A DNA stretch of 64,000 nt from an uncultured Chitinophagaceae bacterium (GTDB taxonomy: Bacteria > Bacteroidota > Bacteroidia > Chitinophagales > Chitinophagaceae): NCBI GenBank assembly GCA_963814075.1, contig CAWFBO010000017.1:11950-75949 (forward strand), given 5' to 3'. The translations under genes and the position numbers were made by a program. The notes beneath the pieces are model-generated. The model did not search any database, had not been told where the DNA came from, and saw only the letters and a list, made by a program, of their open reading frames with translations. Positions 37,973-48,652 of the stretch are shown piece by piece (within the stretch, counting starts at the first letter, position 1; each line of letters starts with the position of its first letter).

Positions 37973-39658
37973 ATGAAAATTAATAAAATAAACAAGTACT
38001 TCATTTGGGCTTTGCTTGGAATATTTACAATGGTTTCCTGTACTAAGCTGAAGACTAACGTTTACAGTGTTGTGCCCAGTACTTCATACTGGCAAACACC
38101 TGAACAGGTTGCAGCCGGGGTGGCGCCAGCTTATTCAACCTTGAACGGAGTTCAGGCAATAGGAGGAGATATTGCTAATATGGTAGAAGGAGTTACAGAT
38201 GAAATGGTTGTTCCAACCAGGGGAAATGACTGGGGTGACGCCGGGCACTGGAATGCCCTGTGGTACCATTCTTATGAACCATCAAATGATAACTGGAACA
38301 ACGGATGGAACGATGTGTTTAACGGTATAAGTAAATGTAACCTGATCATCACGTCTGTTAATGGCCTTGATCCGGCTCCTACGACTCTTCCTTCAATCAT
38401 CGCACAGGTGAAAACACTTAGAGCCTATTATTACTATCTTGCTATGAGCGTTTTTGGAAATGTTCCAATTGTTACTGATACAACAACCAGTAGCACCCCA
38501 CCCACTGCAAAAAGGGCTGACGTGTTTAACTTTATTGTGTCAGATCTTAAAGCCAGTATACCCAATTTAACTTCACAAGTTGATGCGAGTACTTATGGGC
38601 AGGTTACCAAATATTTTGCTTTCGCTCTATTGGCCAGGCTCTATTTAAATGCCCAGGTTTTCACCGGTGTTCCCGGCCCCAGTTATACAGCCGGACAGGC
38701 GGATTACCAGGACGCAATAAGTTATTGCGATTCGGTTATGGCAGGCCCTTATTCATTGATGGGGGATTATTTCGATAACTTTTCACCCAATAATGGCCCC
38801 TCAAGCACAGAGAACATCTTTGCTTATCCTTGTGATCATACGAATAACAAATCGAATAACTGGGAAAATGCTATTTTACATTATCAAAGTAACGAGGCTT
38901 TTGGCATGCCCACCGGGGGTAATCTGTGGAATGGTTTCTGTTCTGAGGCTGATTTCTATAGCACTTTTGATACAACATCTACCTATGTAAATAGTGGTTC
39001 AGAAGTTTTAAGAAACTATAACGATATGAGATCGGGACAATGGCTGGTAGGACAGCAATATATTGGTACTTACAATTATCCTCCTTCTCAAAATGTTGTG
39101 GTTTCAGCGCCGGCTGCAGACCGTGTTATTGATGCGGGCACTTCTGCTCCGTTGGCTTTTAACCCTAACTTTACAGCATTTTCTGATGCAAGCCCTGCAG
39201 GAAGATTGGCAGGTGTGAGAAATATCAAATATTTCCCGGCTCCTTCTTCAGGTCAAAATGCTTCTGATATGGATAATGACTTTGTGATCTTCCGTTTGGC
39301 TGAAATCTATTTTATCAAAGCCGAAGCTGAGCTTAGATTAGGCACCAACACAGCAGACGCACTGGACCTTATAAATAAGATCAGGGAAAGAGCTTACGGA
39401 AATGCTTCTCATGATATCACTGCAGGTCAGTTGACTCTTCCATTCCTTTTACAGGAAAAAGGAAGGGAAATGGCTTACGAAGGCGTTAGAAGAGATGACC
39501 TGATAAGGTACCAGGTGGCAGGTGACGGGCCGTATTTCACAAAAGCCCGCACAGTGGGTAACAAACCTGCAGACCCTGACGATCACCTGATGGTTTTCCC
39601 TATTCCTGCTAAACAGATAACCGCTAACGCGAATCTTACCCAAAACCCGGGCTATTAA
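37973..39658 (+). CDS. susD: SusD/RagB lipoprotein
   Basis: Lipobox MVSC; LRAYYY...FGNVPIV, FRLAEIY...AEA, EMAYEG.RRDDLIR, TQNPGY. Confidence 0.94.
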   Translation: MKINKINKYFIWALLGIFTMVSCTKLKTNVYSVVPSTSYWQTPEQVAAGVAPAYSTLNGVQAIGGDIANMVEGVTDEMVVPTRGNDWGDAGHWNALWYHSYEPSNDNWNNGWNDVFNGISKCNLIITSVNGLDPAPTTLPSIIAQVKTLRAYYYYLAMSVFGNVPIVTDTTTSSTPPTAKRADVFNFIVSDLKASIPNLTSQVDASTYGQVTKYFAFALLARLYLNAQVFTGVPGPSYTAGQADYQDAISYCDSVMAGPYSLMGDYFDNFSPNNGPSSTENIFAYPCDHTNNKSNNWENAILHYQSNEAFGMPTGGNLWNGFCSEADFYSTFDTTSTYVNSGSEVLRNYNDMRSGQWLVGQQYIGTYNYPPSQNVVVSAPAADRVIDAGTSAPLAFNPNFTAFSDASPAGRLAGVRNIKYFPAPSSGQNASDMDNDFVIFRLAEIYFIKAEAELRLGTNTADALDLINKIRERAYGNASHDITAGQLTLPFLLQEKGREMAYEGVRRDDLIRYQVAGDGPYFTKARTVGNKPADPDDHLMVFPIPAKQITANANLTQNPGY

Positions 39659-39692
39659 TTTTTTTGAAAAACAATTATAAGTTTTCTATTTT

Positions 39693-39730
39693 AAAGAAGT
39701 AGTGTATTTTACACTGCTTCTTTTTATTTT
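39693..39730 (+). terminator. Intrinsic terminator after susD
   Basis: AAAGAAGTAGTGTA-TTT-TACACTGCTTCTTT stem followed by a T-rich tail. Confidence 0.7.
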
Positions 39731-39745
39731 AGCTCACCAAAATAT

Positions 39746-42700
39746 ATGAACCGTATACGCTTACAGGCTTGCCTTTATCTTTTTTTAATAATTGCTTTAT
39801 CTGCTTGTCATCCCTCAGAAAATAACGATCAGCCTGAAAATTCATTGTTTCAGTTACTTCCTGCTTCCCAAACCGGTATCGATTTTATCAATAAAGTTGA
39901 AGACACGAAAGATTTTAATGTTTTTAAATACCGTAATTTTTACGACGGCGCAGGAGTTGCAATCGGTGATGTAAATAATGATGGTAAACCGGATATTTTC
40001 TTTACATCAAACCAACACGGTAACAGGCTTTATATAAACAAAGGTAATTGGAAGTTTGAAGATGTAACTGAAAAATCGGGTATTACAAGTAACCATAAGT
40101 GGCATACCGGTGTTACAATGGTGGACATAAACGGAGACGGGTGGCTTGATATTTATGTTTGTAACAGCGGTAGAATTAAAGGCGACGACCGTTCGAATGA
40201 ATTATACATCAACCAGAAAGACGGCACTTTTAAAGAAATGGCGCATCAGTATGGGCTTGACGACAAGGGACTTTCCACGCAAGCAGTTTTTTTCGACTAT
40301 GATCATGACGGCGATCTCGATTGCTTTATACTCAATAACAGCTACCGTCCTATTGAAAGCTTTGGGAATGATCGCAATCTTCGGAACGTCCGTAGTTACG
40401 AAGGAGGGCAACGCCTGTACCGGAATGATAACGGTCATTTTACAGATGTAAGCGCGCAGGCAAATATATACGGAAGCGAGATTGGTTTTGGGCTTGGAGT
40501 AACTGTAGGCGACCTTAATAACGATGGCTGGGACGATATATATGTTTCAAATGATTTTTTTGAAAAAGATTACTTGTATATCAATCAACGTAATGGCACA
40601 TTTAAAGAAGTAAGTGATGACGAATTGGGGCATATGAGTTATTCGTCTATGGGTTCGGATATGGTTGATTTCAACAACGATGGGAACCTGGATGTTTTTA
40701 CCACCGATATGCTTCCGGAAGGTGACAAAAGATTAAAGGTCACAACTAAGTTCGAAAATTTTAATATCGCAAATGCCAAATTGAAAAATGATTTCCACCA
40801 TCAATTTACAGCCAATTGCCTGCAACTTAATAACGGAGACGGGACTTTTAGTGAAATCGCTCCAATGGCTGGCGTAGAAGCCAGCGACTGGAGTTGGGGA
40901 GCATTGAGTTTTGATTTCAATAATGACGGGTGGAAGGATATTTTTGTAAGCAACGGTATTAGTAAGGATCTCACCGACCAGGACTTCCTGGATTATTTCA
41001 GCAGTGAGGAAGCTATAAAACTCGTCCAAACGGGGGGATTCCAATTCAAATCATTTTTAGATAAAATGGCTTCCACTCCAATTTCAAATTATGCTTTTGT
41101 TAACCAAAAGAATCTTTCTTTTAAAAATGAGTCAAAAAAATTGGGATTGGCCGAACCCGGTTTTAGTAATGGTGCAGCTTACGGCGACCTGGACGGTGAT
41201 GGCGACCTTGACCTGGTAGTGAATAATGAAAACATGGAAGCATTTGTATACAGGAATATGTCCTCCGAAAAATTACATACTTCTTATTTGAAAATTAAGT
41301 TCAGGGGTGAAGGAATGAATACTTTTGGCTTTGGTACCCGCGTAACAATCTATTCAAAAGGAAACAGACAGGTTTTGGAGCAAATGCCCAGCCGGGGCTT
41401 TGAGAGTTCGGTGGAACCTGTTCTTAATTTCGGATTGGGAAGTGCAAAAAAAATAGATAGCCTAATCGTTTTATGGCCTGATCTGAAGACGCAAAAGCTT
41501 GCAGGTTTAAAAACAGATACTACTATAACGCTCTCTGAAATCAACGCAACAGAAAAATTTTCCCCACCACATGCTTCACCCGCGCTATATGAGAATGTTA
41601 CCAATAATGTAATTTCAGGAGACATCAAACACAACGAGAACGGGTTTATAGATTTTGATGTTGAGCCATTGATTCCGAAAATGCTTTCTACCGAGGGGCC
41701 TAAATTAGCTATCGGAGATGTAAACGGTGACGGGCTTGAAGATTTTTTTATGGGAGGTGCTACCGGTGATACCGATAAATTATTTATACAGGAGCCGAAC
41801 GGTCATTTTGTTCAAAAGCCCGAGTATGCGTTTATGCAGGATAAGGATTTTGAGAGCATTGGAGCTGAATTTTTTGATTTCGACAATGATGGTGATTTGG
41901 ATTTATTAGTGGCCTCGGGAGGTAACCAGTTTCAACCGGGCTCTGTTTATTTATCACCGCGATTATATATTAATGATGGCAAGGGAAACTTCACCCGTTC
42001 GTTTAAAGGATTTCCATCTTTAAATATGAATGCTTCCTGTATCAGGGTGGGTGATTATGACGGTGACGGGCTTCCGGATATATTTATAGGCGGGAGGAGT
42101 GTGCCCGGTTCTTACGGTATTTCCCCGCAGAGTAAACTATTACGAAATATGGGTAATGGCAAATTTGTAGATGTTACAAATTCCGTTGCACCGCTTCTTT
42201 CAACTTTAGGAATGGTTACCGACGCACAATGGGTGGATGTGGATCACGACGGGAAAAAAGAATTGGTTGTTGTTGGCGACTGGATGCCTCTTACCATCCT
42301 TAAATATGATGGAAACAAACTTATAAAAATAAAAGAAATAGACGGATCTTCCGGCTGGTGGAATTGTTTGGCGGTTGCGGATATGAATAATGACGGGTAT
42401 CCTGATCTTATCGCGGGCAACCGGGGATTAAATTCCAAGATCAGGGCAGATAGTATCCACCCGGCAAGATTATTTATTTCTGATTTTGATAATAACGGGC
42501 GTACGGATTGTATAGCGGCTTATTATAAAACCGATGGCAAATCATATCCTTTTAATCTTCGTGGTGATTTAATTGAACAGTTGCCCTATATGAAAAAGAA
42601 ATTCCCTAAATACAGTGATTACGGCGGAAAAACAATTGACCAGGTTTTTACCAGGGAGGAATTGGAACACGCACAAAAGCTTAGCGTTCAACAACCGCAA

Positions 42701-43075
42701 AGTTGTATTTTTTACAACAACAGGAAAGGGGGTTTCGTAATGAAACCATTGCCTCAAATGGCACAGATCTCGCCGGTGTTCGGTATTGTAATTTCAGATT
42801 TAAATGGCGATGGCATAAAGGATATTTTTCTTGCCGGTAATTTTTATGGTTTGAAACCTGAAGTAGGCCGGTATGATGCCAGTTATGGAGTAACCTTGTT
42901 GGGCAGAAAAGATGGAACATTTCAATATATTCCCCCTGCAAAAAGCGGCCTGTTCATGAAAGGAGAAGTTCGAGATGCCAGGCAGATCAGGGATCAAAAA
43001 GGTGAATATATACTTGTAGCCAGGAATAATGATTCTCTTCAAATCTTTACAAAAAAAGATAGCAGACTTCAGTAA
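39746..43075 (+). CDS. FG-GAP/VCBS repeat lipoprotein with ASPIC/UnbV domain (CRTAC1-like), copy 1
   Basis: Lipobox LSAC; many DxNxDGxxD repeats; central GTRVTI...RGFESS...FGLG...WPD ASPIC/UnbV segment. Confidence 0.9.
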   Translation: MNRIRLQACLYLFLIIALSACHPSENNDQPENSLFQLLPASQTGIDFINKVEDTKDFNVFKYRNFYDGAGVAIGDVNNDGKPDIFFTSNQHGNRLYINKGNWKFEDVTEKSGITSNHKWHTGVTMVDINGDGWLDIYVCNSGRIKGDDRSNELYINQKDGTFKEMAHQYGLDDKGLSTQAVFFDYDHDGDLDCFILNNSYRPIESFGNDRNLRNVRSYEGGQRLYRNDNGHFTDVSAQANIYGSEIGFGLGVTVGDLNNDGWDDIYVSNDFFEKDYLYINQRNGTFKEVSDDELGHMSYSSMGSDMVDFNNDGNLDVFTTDMLPEGDKRLKVTTKFENFNIANAKLKNDFHHQFTANCLQLNNGDGTFSEIAPMAGVEASDWSWGALSFDFNNDGWKDIFVSNGISKDLTDQDFLDYFSSEEAIKLVQTGGFQFKSFLDKMASTPISNYAFVNQKNLSFKNESKKLGLAEPGFSNGAAYGDLDGDGDLDLVVNNENMEAFVYRNMSSEKLHTSYLKIKFRGEGMNTFGFGTRVTIYSKGNRQVLEQMPSRGFESSVEPVLNFGLGSAKKIDSLIVLWPDLKTQKLAGLKTDTTITLSEINATEKFSPPHASPALYENVTNNVISGDIKHNENGFIDFDVEPLIPKMLSTEGPKLAIGDVNGDGLEDFFMGGATGDTDKLFIQEPNGHFVQKPEYAFMQDKDFESIGAEFFDFDNDGDLDLLVASGGNQFQPGSVYLSPRLYINDGKGNFTRSFKGFPSLNMNASCIRVGDYDGDGLPDIFIGGRSVPGSYGISPQSKLLRNMGNGKFVDVTNSVAPLLSTLGMVTDAQWVDVDHDGKKELVVVGDWMPLTILKYDGNKLIKIKEIDGSSGWWNCLAVADMNNDGYPDLIAGNRGLNSKIRADSIHPARLFISDFDNNGRTDCIAAYYKTDGKSYPFNLRGDLIEQLPYMKKKFPKYSDYGGKTIDQVFTREELEHAQKLSVQQPQSCIFYNNRKGGFVMKPLPQMAQISPVFGIVISDLNGDGIKDIFLAGNFYGLKPEVGRYDASYGVTLLGRKDGTFQYIPPAKSGLFMKGEVRDARQIRDQKGEYILVARNNDSLQIFTKKDSRLQ

Positions 43076-43169
43076 ACAAAGAAATTCTGCGTAATTTTAT
43101 TTTACTGGATTTGATACGGTAATTCTCAGGACCAATAACCCGTTTTTCCCGGAACCTAAACCCGGAAAT

Positions 43170-43970
43170 ATGAATAGAATCAAAACCATCACGGGGGCAA
43201 TTTTGTGCGGCATCATTACTTTAATGTTATCATGCAAGAAAGAAGTGAACAATAATATGCCTTTGGCTTTTGTTGATTCTTCTCATATTTCTATTACAAA
43301 CGCGTCGCCATCTATAGCCAATTTGCAGTTCTTTTTAAACAACAACTTTGTACCCTTTCCTGATACACCCGTTTCTTTTGGCAAAACTGTTTTTCAGTCT
43401 TACATTTTTAATGCTACGACTTACCATCCGGATACATTACGCTTGCCTTATATCACTATCAATCCTGGTTTTAATGAACTTGGATTTAAGACTTATGGTA
43501 ACGGCGATGTCTTAAGCCGTATAGACGAAAATTTCGATCCCGGTTCCCATTATTCCTTGTTTTTGGTAGATACGCTCATTCATGGAAAAGTTAACTCTGT
43601 ATTTCTGAAAGATAATTTGCAAAAGAGTGATTCCACCAAAAGCCAGATTCGATTCTTAAATCTTTCGCCCGATGCGCCGCCCATGGATGTTTGGGCATAT
43701 CCGAACGGCGGCCCGGATGGCTATAAAATATTTTCCAACTGCGGTTATATTCCCGGCGATTTTGATTCCTTTATCCAGGCACAGAATTTTTCATTTATAA
43801 ACAGGGGGCCTTATTTTTTTATCGCAACCGAATCAGGCACCTCCAATGTTTTATTGGCCGGTCAAATGTTTATCTACGGCAAAACAGTAATTACTTTATA
43901 TACAAAGGGCTACGCGGGAGGAACAGGCGCCAATTCACTCGATGTAGGTGTTATCCAATATCAGCAATAG
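43170..43970 (+). CDS. DUF4397-like lipoprotein
   Basis: Lipobox MLSC; NASP and IRFLNLSPDAPPMDV repeats. Confidence 0.75.
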   Translation: MNRIKTITGAILCGIITLMLSCKKEVNNNMPLAFVDSSHISITNASPSIANLQFFLNNNFVPFPDTPVSFGKTVFQSYIFNATTYHPDTLRLPYITINPGFNELGFKTYGNGDVLSRIDENFDPGSHYSLFLVDTLIHGKVNSVFLKDNLQKSDSTKSQIRFLNLSPDAPPMDVWAYPNGGPDGYKIFSNCGYIPGDFDSFIQAQNFSFINRGPYFFIATESGTSNVLLAGQMFIYGKTVITLYTKGYAGGTGANSLDVGVIQYQQ

Positions 43971-43993
43971 GGAAATTTTTGTAAACCGGCGTT

Positions 43994-44935
43994 TTAATAC
44001 ACAGGATAGTTTAACTCGATTTTGATTTCAGAAGAATCCGAAGTTGGTATTGAATCGTTTAGATAACGTTCAAAGGATTCTGCGGGAATGGAAAGTGTGT
44101 GATCAGTAAGGTATTTGGTCATTGCCTGGTAAATCCTTTCACGCCTTGAAAATTTTCCGGTATACACTCCTACAAGAACTCTGCCTTTAACAGGTAACGA
44201 CAGGCACTTCACATTTTTGATGGAATCGGCAGATCCATTTACAGGGATGCCAACAGTCACCTGCATGGAATCTCCCATGAGCGGAATGTAGGAAATAGAA
44301 ATATGGCCGGTTTTGATCAGATTTTTCTGATCAATGTAATGGTTTAAAAGTGTATCAGCCTGCCGGATTTTAGTAAAAACCTCTTTTTTGGGAATTTTGA
44401 ACACAGTGCTTGCTATGGTTGGATCTCTTATCTCGGCCATTTTTATATCAAAGCCATATAATTCTTTTGGATCTTCAAGGTAATTTTTGAGACCATATAA
44501 TGTAGTCTCATTATTTTTCTTATTGAAAAGCGTAGCAATAAACGGTCTTTTCTGAGCTATGAACACGTTCATTTTGCGTGGCAAACTCGAAGGGTAAACA
44601 GAAAATGCAAAACTATTTACTTTACTTCCGGAAAGTTCCCTGATCTCATAAGACATAGGCGCAACAGTATGAATTACGATCTTTTTTCCGGGTATGAATA
44701 TGGTATCAGTTTTTTTTGAAGTGTCTTTGATCAACCGGTATTCAGAAGGATTATTTTGATAAGCTTTTTTAATTTCGGGATACCAGTTTTTCCAATTTTC
44801 TATATGAACAACCTGTACGACAGTATTTTCAAAAGATGCCGAAACGTTGATAGTGGAATTTTGTGTGACAGGATAAACGCAAATAACAACGATACAAATA
44901 ATAAGCAGTAAAGCAACAAAAAAACCTTTTTTCAT
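43994..44935 (-). CDS. Membrane-anchored SRPBCC-like + GyrI-like small-molecule-binding protein
   Basis: N-terminal TM; NWKNWYP; C-terminal YTGKF...IYQAM..Y...FERYLND...ELNYPV typical of GyrI-like domains. Confidence 0.7.
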   Translation of the reverse strand: MKKGFFVALLLIICIVVICVYPVTQNSTINVSASFENTVVQVVHIENWKNWYPEIKKAYQNNPSEYRLIKDTSKKTDTIFIPGKKIVIHTVAPMSYEIRELSGSKVNSFAFSVYPSSLPRKMNVFIAQKRPFIATLFNKKNNETTLYGLKNYLEDPKELYGFDIKMAEIRDPTIASTVFKIPKKEVFTKIRQADTLLNHYIDQKNLIKTGHISISYIPLMGDSMQVTVGIPVNGSADSIKNVKCLSLPVKGRVLVGVYTGKFSRRERIYQAMTKYLTDHTLSIPAESFERYLNDSIPTSDSSEIKIELNYPVY

Positions 44936-45107
44936 TTTAGGGCCGAAGAAGTAAACGATTGAAATAAATGATGAGTAAAGATAGAGCAAAATACAATTAC
45001 TTTTGTACCTTAACTTTCGTATTCAATGACAATTCAAAACGCTTAATGCTGTGGATTATTCCTGTTTTTCAAAAAGAAACTCTTCAAAAAAAATACGTAT
45101 AATTTAG

Positions 45108-48100
45108 TTGAAAGATGATACATTCTGCCAGGATTGCTTTTTTGTTTCTTTCAACAGTTTATGTTTTGCTTTTTTCATCGGCTGCCATAAAAAACAGAAT
45201 TTAACACCCATATTCCAGGTAAAAGATGCACAAAGCACCGGCATTAATTTTTCAAATAAATTAAACCCCACTCCCGAATTTAATGCCCTGCAATATTTGT
45301 ATTATTATAATGGTGCGGGAGTTGGCGCCGGAGATTTTAATAACGACGGGAAAACAGATCTTTTCTTTGCTTCAAACGAGGGAGAAAATAAATTATACCT
45401 AAACCGTGGAAACCTTAAGTTTAAAGATGTAACGAAAGAAGCAATGATTCCGCAAGATGGCGGCTGGTCAACCGGGGTTTCTGTTGTAGATATAAATAAT
45501 GATGGATTATTGGATATTTACATTTGCCGCGTGGGAAATTATAAAACGCTTAACGGCAAAAATCAACTACTCATTTGCCAGGGAATTGATAAGAATGGAG
45601 TTCCTTATTACAAAGATGAAGCGCATCAATATGGCCTCGATTTTTCTGGATTCAGCACACAAGCCGTTTTTTTTGATTATGATGGCGATGGCGATTTGGA
45701 TATGTATTTACTAAATCATTCCATTCATGAAAACGGAACGTTCGGAGACCGAAGCATGTTATTAAAAAAACAAGTTCCCGTTTCCGGAGACCGCCTTTAC
45801 CAAAATGACGGCAACAATCATTTTACAGATGTTACTGCATCGTCCGGCATCAACAGTTCTGTATTGGGCTACGGGCTGGGAGTTACCGTATCTGATATCA
45901 ACCTTGATGGATATCCTGATATCTATGTAGGAAACGATTTTCACGAAAATGATTACCTGTACATCAATCAACATAACGGCACCTTCAAAGATGAACTTAC
46001 TGACCATATCATGCACACCAGTAAATCCACAATGGGAGTTGATGTTGCGGATGCCAATAATGACGGCTACCCGGATATCATAAGTATGGATATGCTGGCT
46101 TCAGATCCTGTCGTTCTGAAAAGTTCGCTTGGTGATGATGAAGAAGACGAATTTTTATTAAAATCAAAACTGGGTTATAATCCGCAATATGCAAGAAACA
46201 ACCTTCAATTCAACAGGCGGAATGGCATGTTTAGCGAGGTTGGCGAATTTTCGGGTGTAGCTGCTACCGATTGGTCGTGGGCGCCGCTTTGGATGGATTT
46301 TGATAATGACGGATTGAAAGATTTATTCGTAACAAATGGCATCCCTACCCGGCTGAATAATATTGATTACCTCGATTTTGTGTCAGGTAATAAAATACAG
46401 CAAAAGTTGGAAACTCAAACGCTGGATAAAAGCGATTTGAATCAACTGAAAACATTCCCGGAAATAAAAATTGATAATAAATTTTTCCGCAACCGGGGCG
46501 ACATGCAATTTGAAGATATGAAAAACCAAATTGCGAATGACAGGCAAACCTTTTCAAACGGAGCTGTTTATGCAGACCTCGATAATGACGGCGATATGGA
46601 TGTTGTGGTGAATAATATTGACGACAATGCGCTATTGTACGAAAATAAAACTAATGAAAAGGGCAAGTAAAGAAAACAGGCCATTTGTTGAAATAAAATT
46701 AAAAGGGCCTGCAAAAAATATCAATGCCATCGGCTCCAAAATATTTTTGTATGGCAATGGCGGCATTCGCAGTTATGAAAAATTCCCGGTGAGAGGATTT
46801 ATGTCGAGCATGGAAACACCCATCCACATTGGCCTTTATCAAACCAAAATAGATTCTGCTTTCCTGGTTTGGCCGGATAATACGTTTCAACAGATTGAGC
46901 TGAACTCTTTGAATCATTTAATAACTTTTACCTACAAAACCGGGCTTTCAAAATTTAATTACAGCCTGGTAAAAGGGGGTAAGAAAAATGAAACGAAGCC
47001 GATGGAGGACATTACCGCGAAAGTGGATTTAAAATATAAGCATGAAGAAAATCCGATGCAGGAATTTAATGTGGAACCTTTGATGCCTCACCTGCTAACA
47101 ACCGAAGGGCCGGCATTAGCGGTTGCAGATATTAATCATGATGGGCTTGAAGATGTTTTTATCGGGTCGTCTAAAAATAAAAAGAATGCAATTTTTATTC
47201 AACAACCCAATGGAAAATTTATAAAATCACAGCAGCCTGGTTTAGAAAAAGACAGCATGAATGAGGATATCGGTGCTTGTTTTGCTGACGTGAATCATGA
47301 TGGAAATATTGATTTAATTATTGCAAGCGGTGGAGATGAACCGGGCAATAATTTATTTTTAGCTCCAAGGGTTTATTTGAACGATGGCAAGGGGCATTTT
47401 TTTAAATCCGAAAATGCATTTGACAGTCTTTTTGTGAATGCTTCATCCGTCGCAGCTGATGATTTTACCGGGGACGGAAACGTTGATTTATTTATAGGCG
47501 GAAGGTCAGTCCCGGGAAAGTATGGTGAAATACCACACTCTTATTTGTTGCAAAATGATGGTAAAGGACATTTTAAAGACGTAACCCAAAAGTATGCTGA
47601 AGGCTTGTCGAATATCGGTATGGTTACTTCTGCAATTTGGTTTGATATAGATCATGATGGGGATAAAGATCTGATTCTTACACTCGAGTGGGGAGGAGTT
47701 GTTGCCTTTATCAATGATCATGGGATTTTGCATAAAAAAATTCTTTGTGATAAAAAAGGCTGGTGGAATTTTGTGTTGCCCGTTGATGTAAATAATGATG
47801 GTAAAATTGACCTTATCGCCGGGAACCTTGGATTGAACAGCCCTTTAAAAGCCACTGCCAGCGAGCCTGTAAGAATGTATTATAATGATTTTGACAATAA
47901 TGGCACAAGCGAGCAGGTAATGACTTATTATGTTGGGGGAAAAGAAATTCCTTTTGCCACCATGAAAGATTTGGAAAAACAAATTCCCTCCATAAAGAAT
48001 CGTTTCCCAACTGCCATTGATTTTGCAAAAGCAACTCCTGAAGAATTATTTACCAAAGAAAAGCTGGCCTCGTCTGACAAGTTTACCGCTGATTATTTTG

Positions 48101-48456
48101 CAAACTCAATTTTAATTAATAAAGGCAATTTAAATTTTGATGTTGAGCCAATGCCCTGGCAGGCGCAGCTTTCATGTTATAAAACGGCGGCAATAATTGA
48201 TGCGAATGGCGATAGTTTGCCGGACATCTTGCTTGCAGGAAATTATTATGGGAACAGTGTACAACTGGGCAGGAATGATGCCGATTTTGGAACTATTTTA
48301 TTAAATAAAGGAAATGGAAAGTTTGAAGCCGGTTCTATAAATGGGTTGCAGATTAAAGGCCAGGTGCGGTATATTCAAAAGATAAACATTGGCAATAAAG
48401 AAGCTTTTATCCTGGCGAGGAACAATGACAGTACGATGGTAATTCAGTTTAAATAA
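45108..48456 (+). CDS. FG-GAP/VCBS repeat ASPIC/UnbV protein, copy 2 (frameshift near 46660; start uncertain)
   Basis: Paralogous to 39746..43075 (GAGVGAGDFNNDG, TDWSW, SNGAVYADLDNDGD, TEGPALAVAD, GWWN, ARNND). Confidence 0.88.
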
Positions 48457-48652
48457 TTATTACAAAAAACTATCGCAAAAAAAGGGCATTTGTTTTTTTC
48501 AAAAATTCAAAGAACAGTAAAGCAATAAATAATTCGAATTTTTATTTTGTTTTATTGCGGCACCGATTTTTTTTATTAAATAAACTCCTTTTCAAACAAA
48601 GCAAATACCTTTAATTTACACTACTGATTATTTTGAAATTAAATTGCCTGGT

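Noticed and set aside
39746-48456. Recurrent GAYnnnRAYRRYGAYGG-like DNA repeats as a CRISPR or tandem array
   Set aside because: They are the coding DxNxDG FG-GAP repeats, degenerate at third positions and irregularly spaced.
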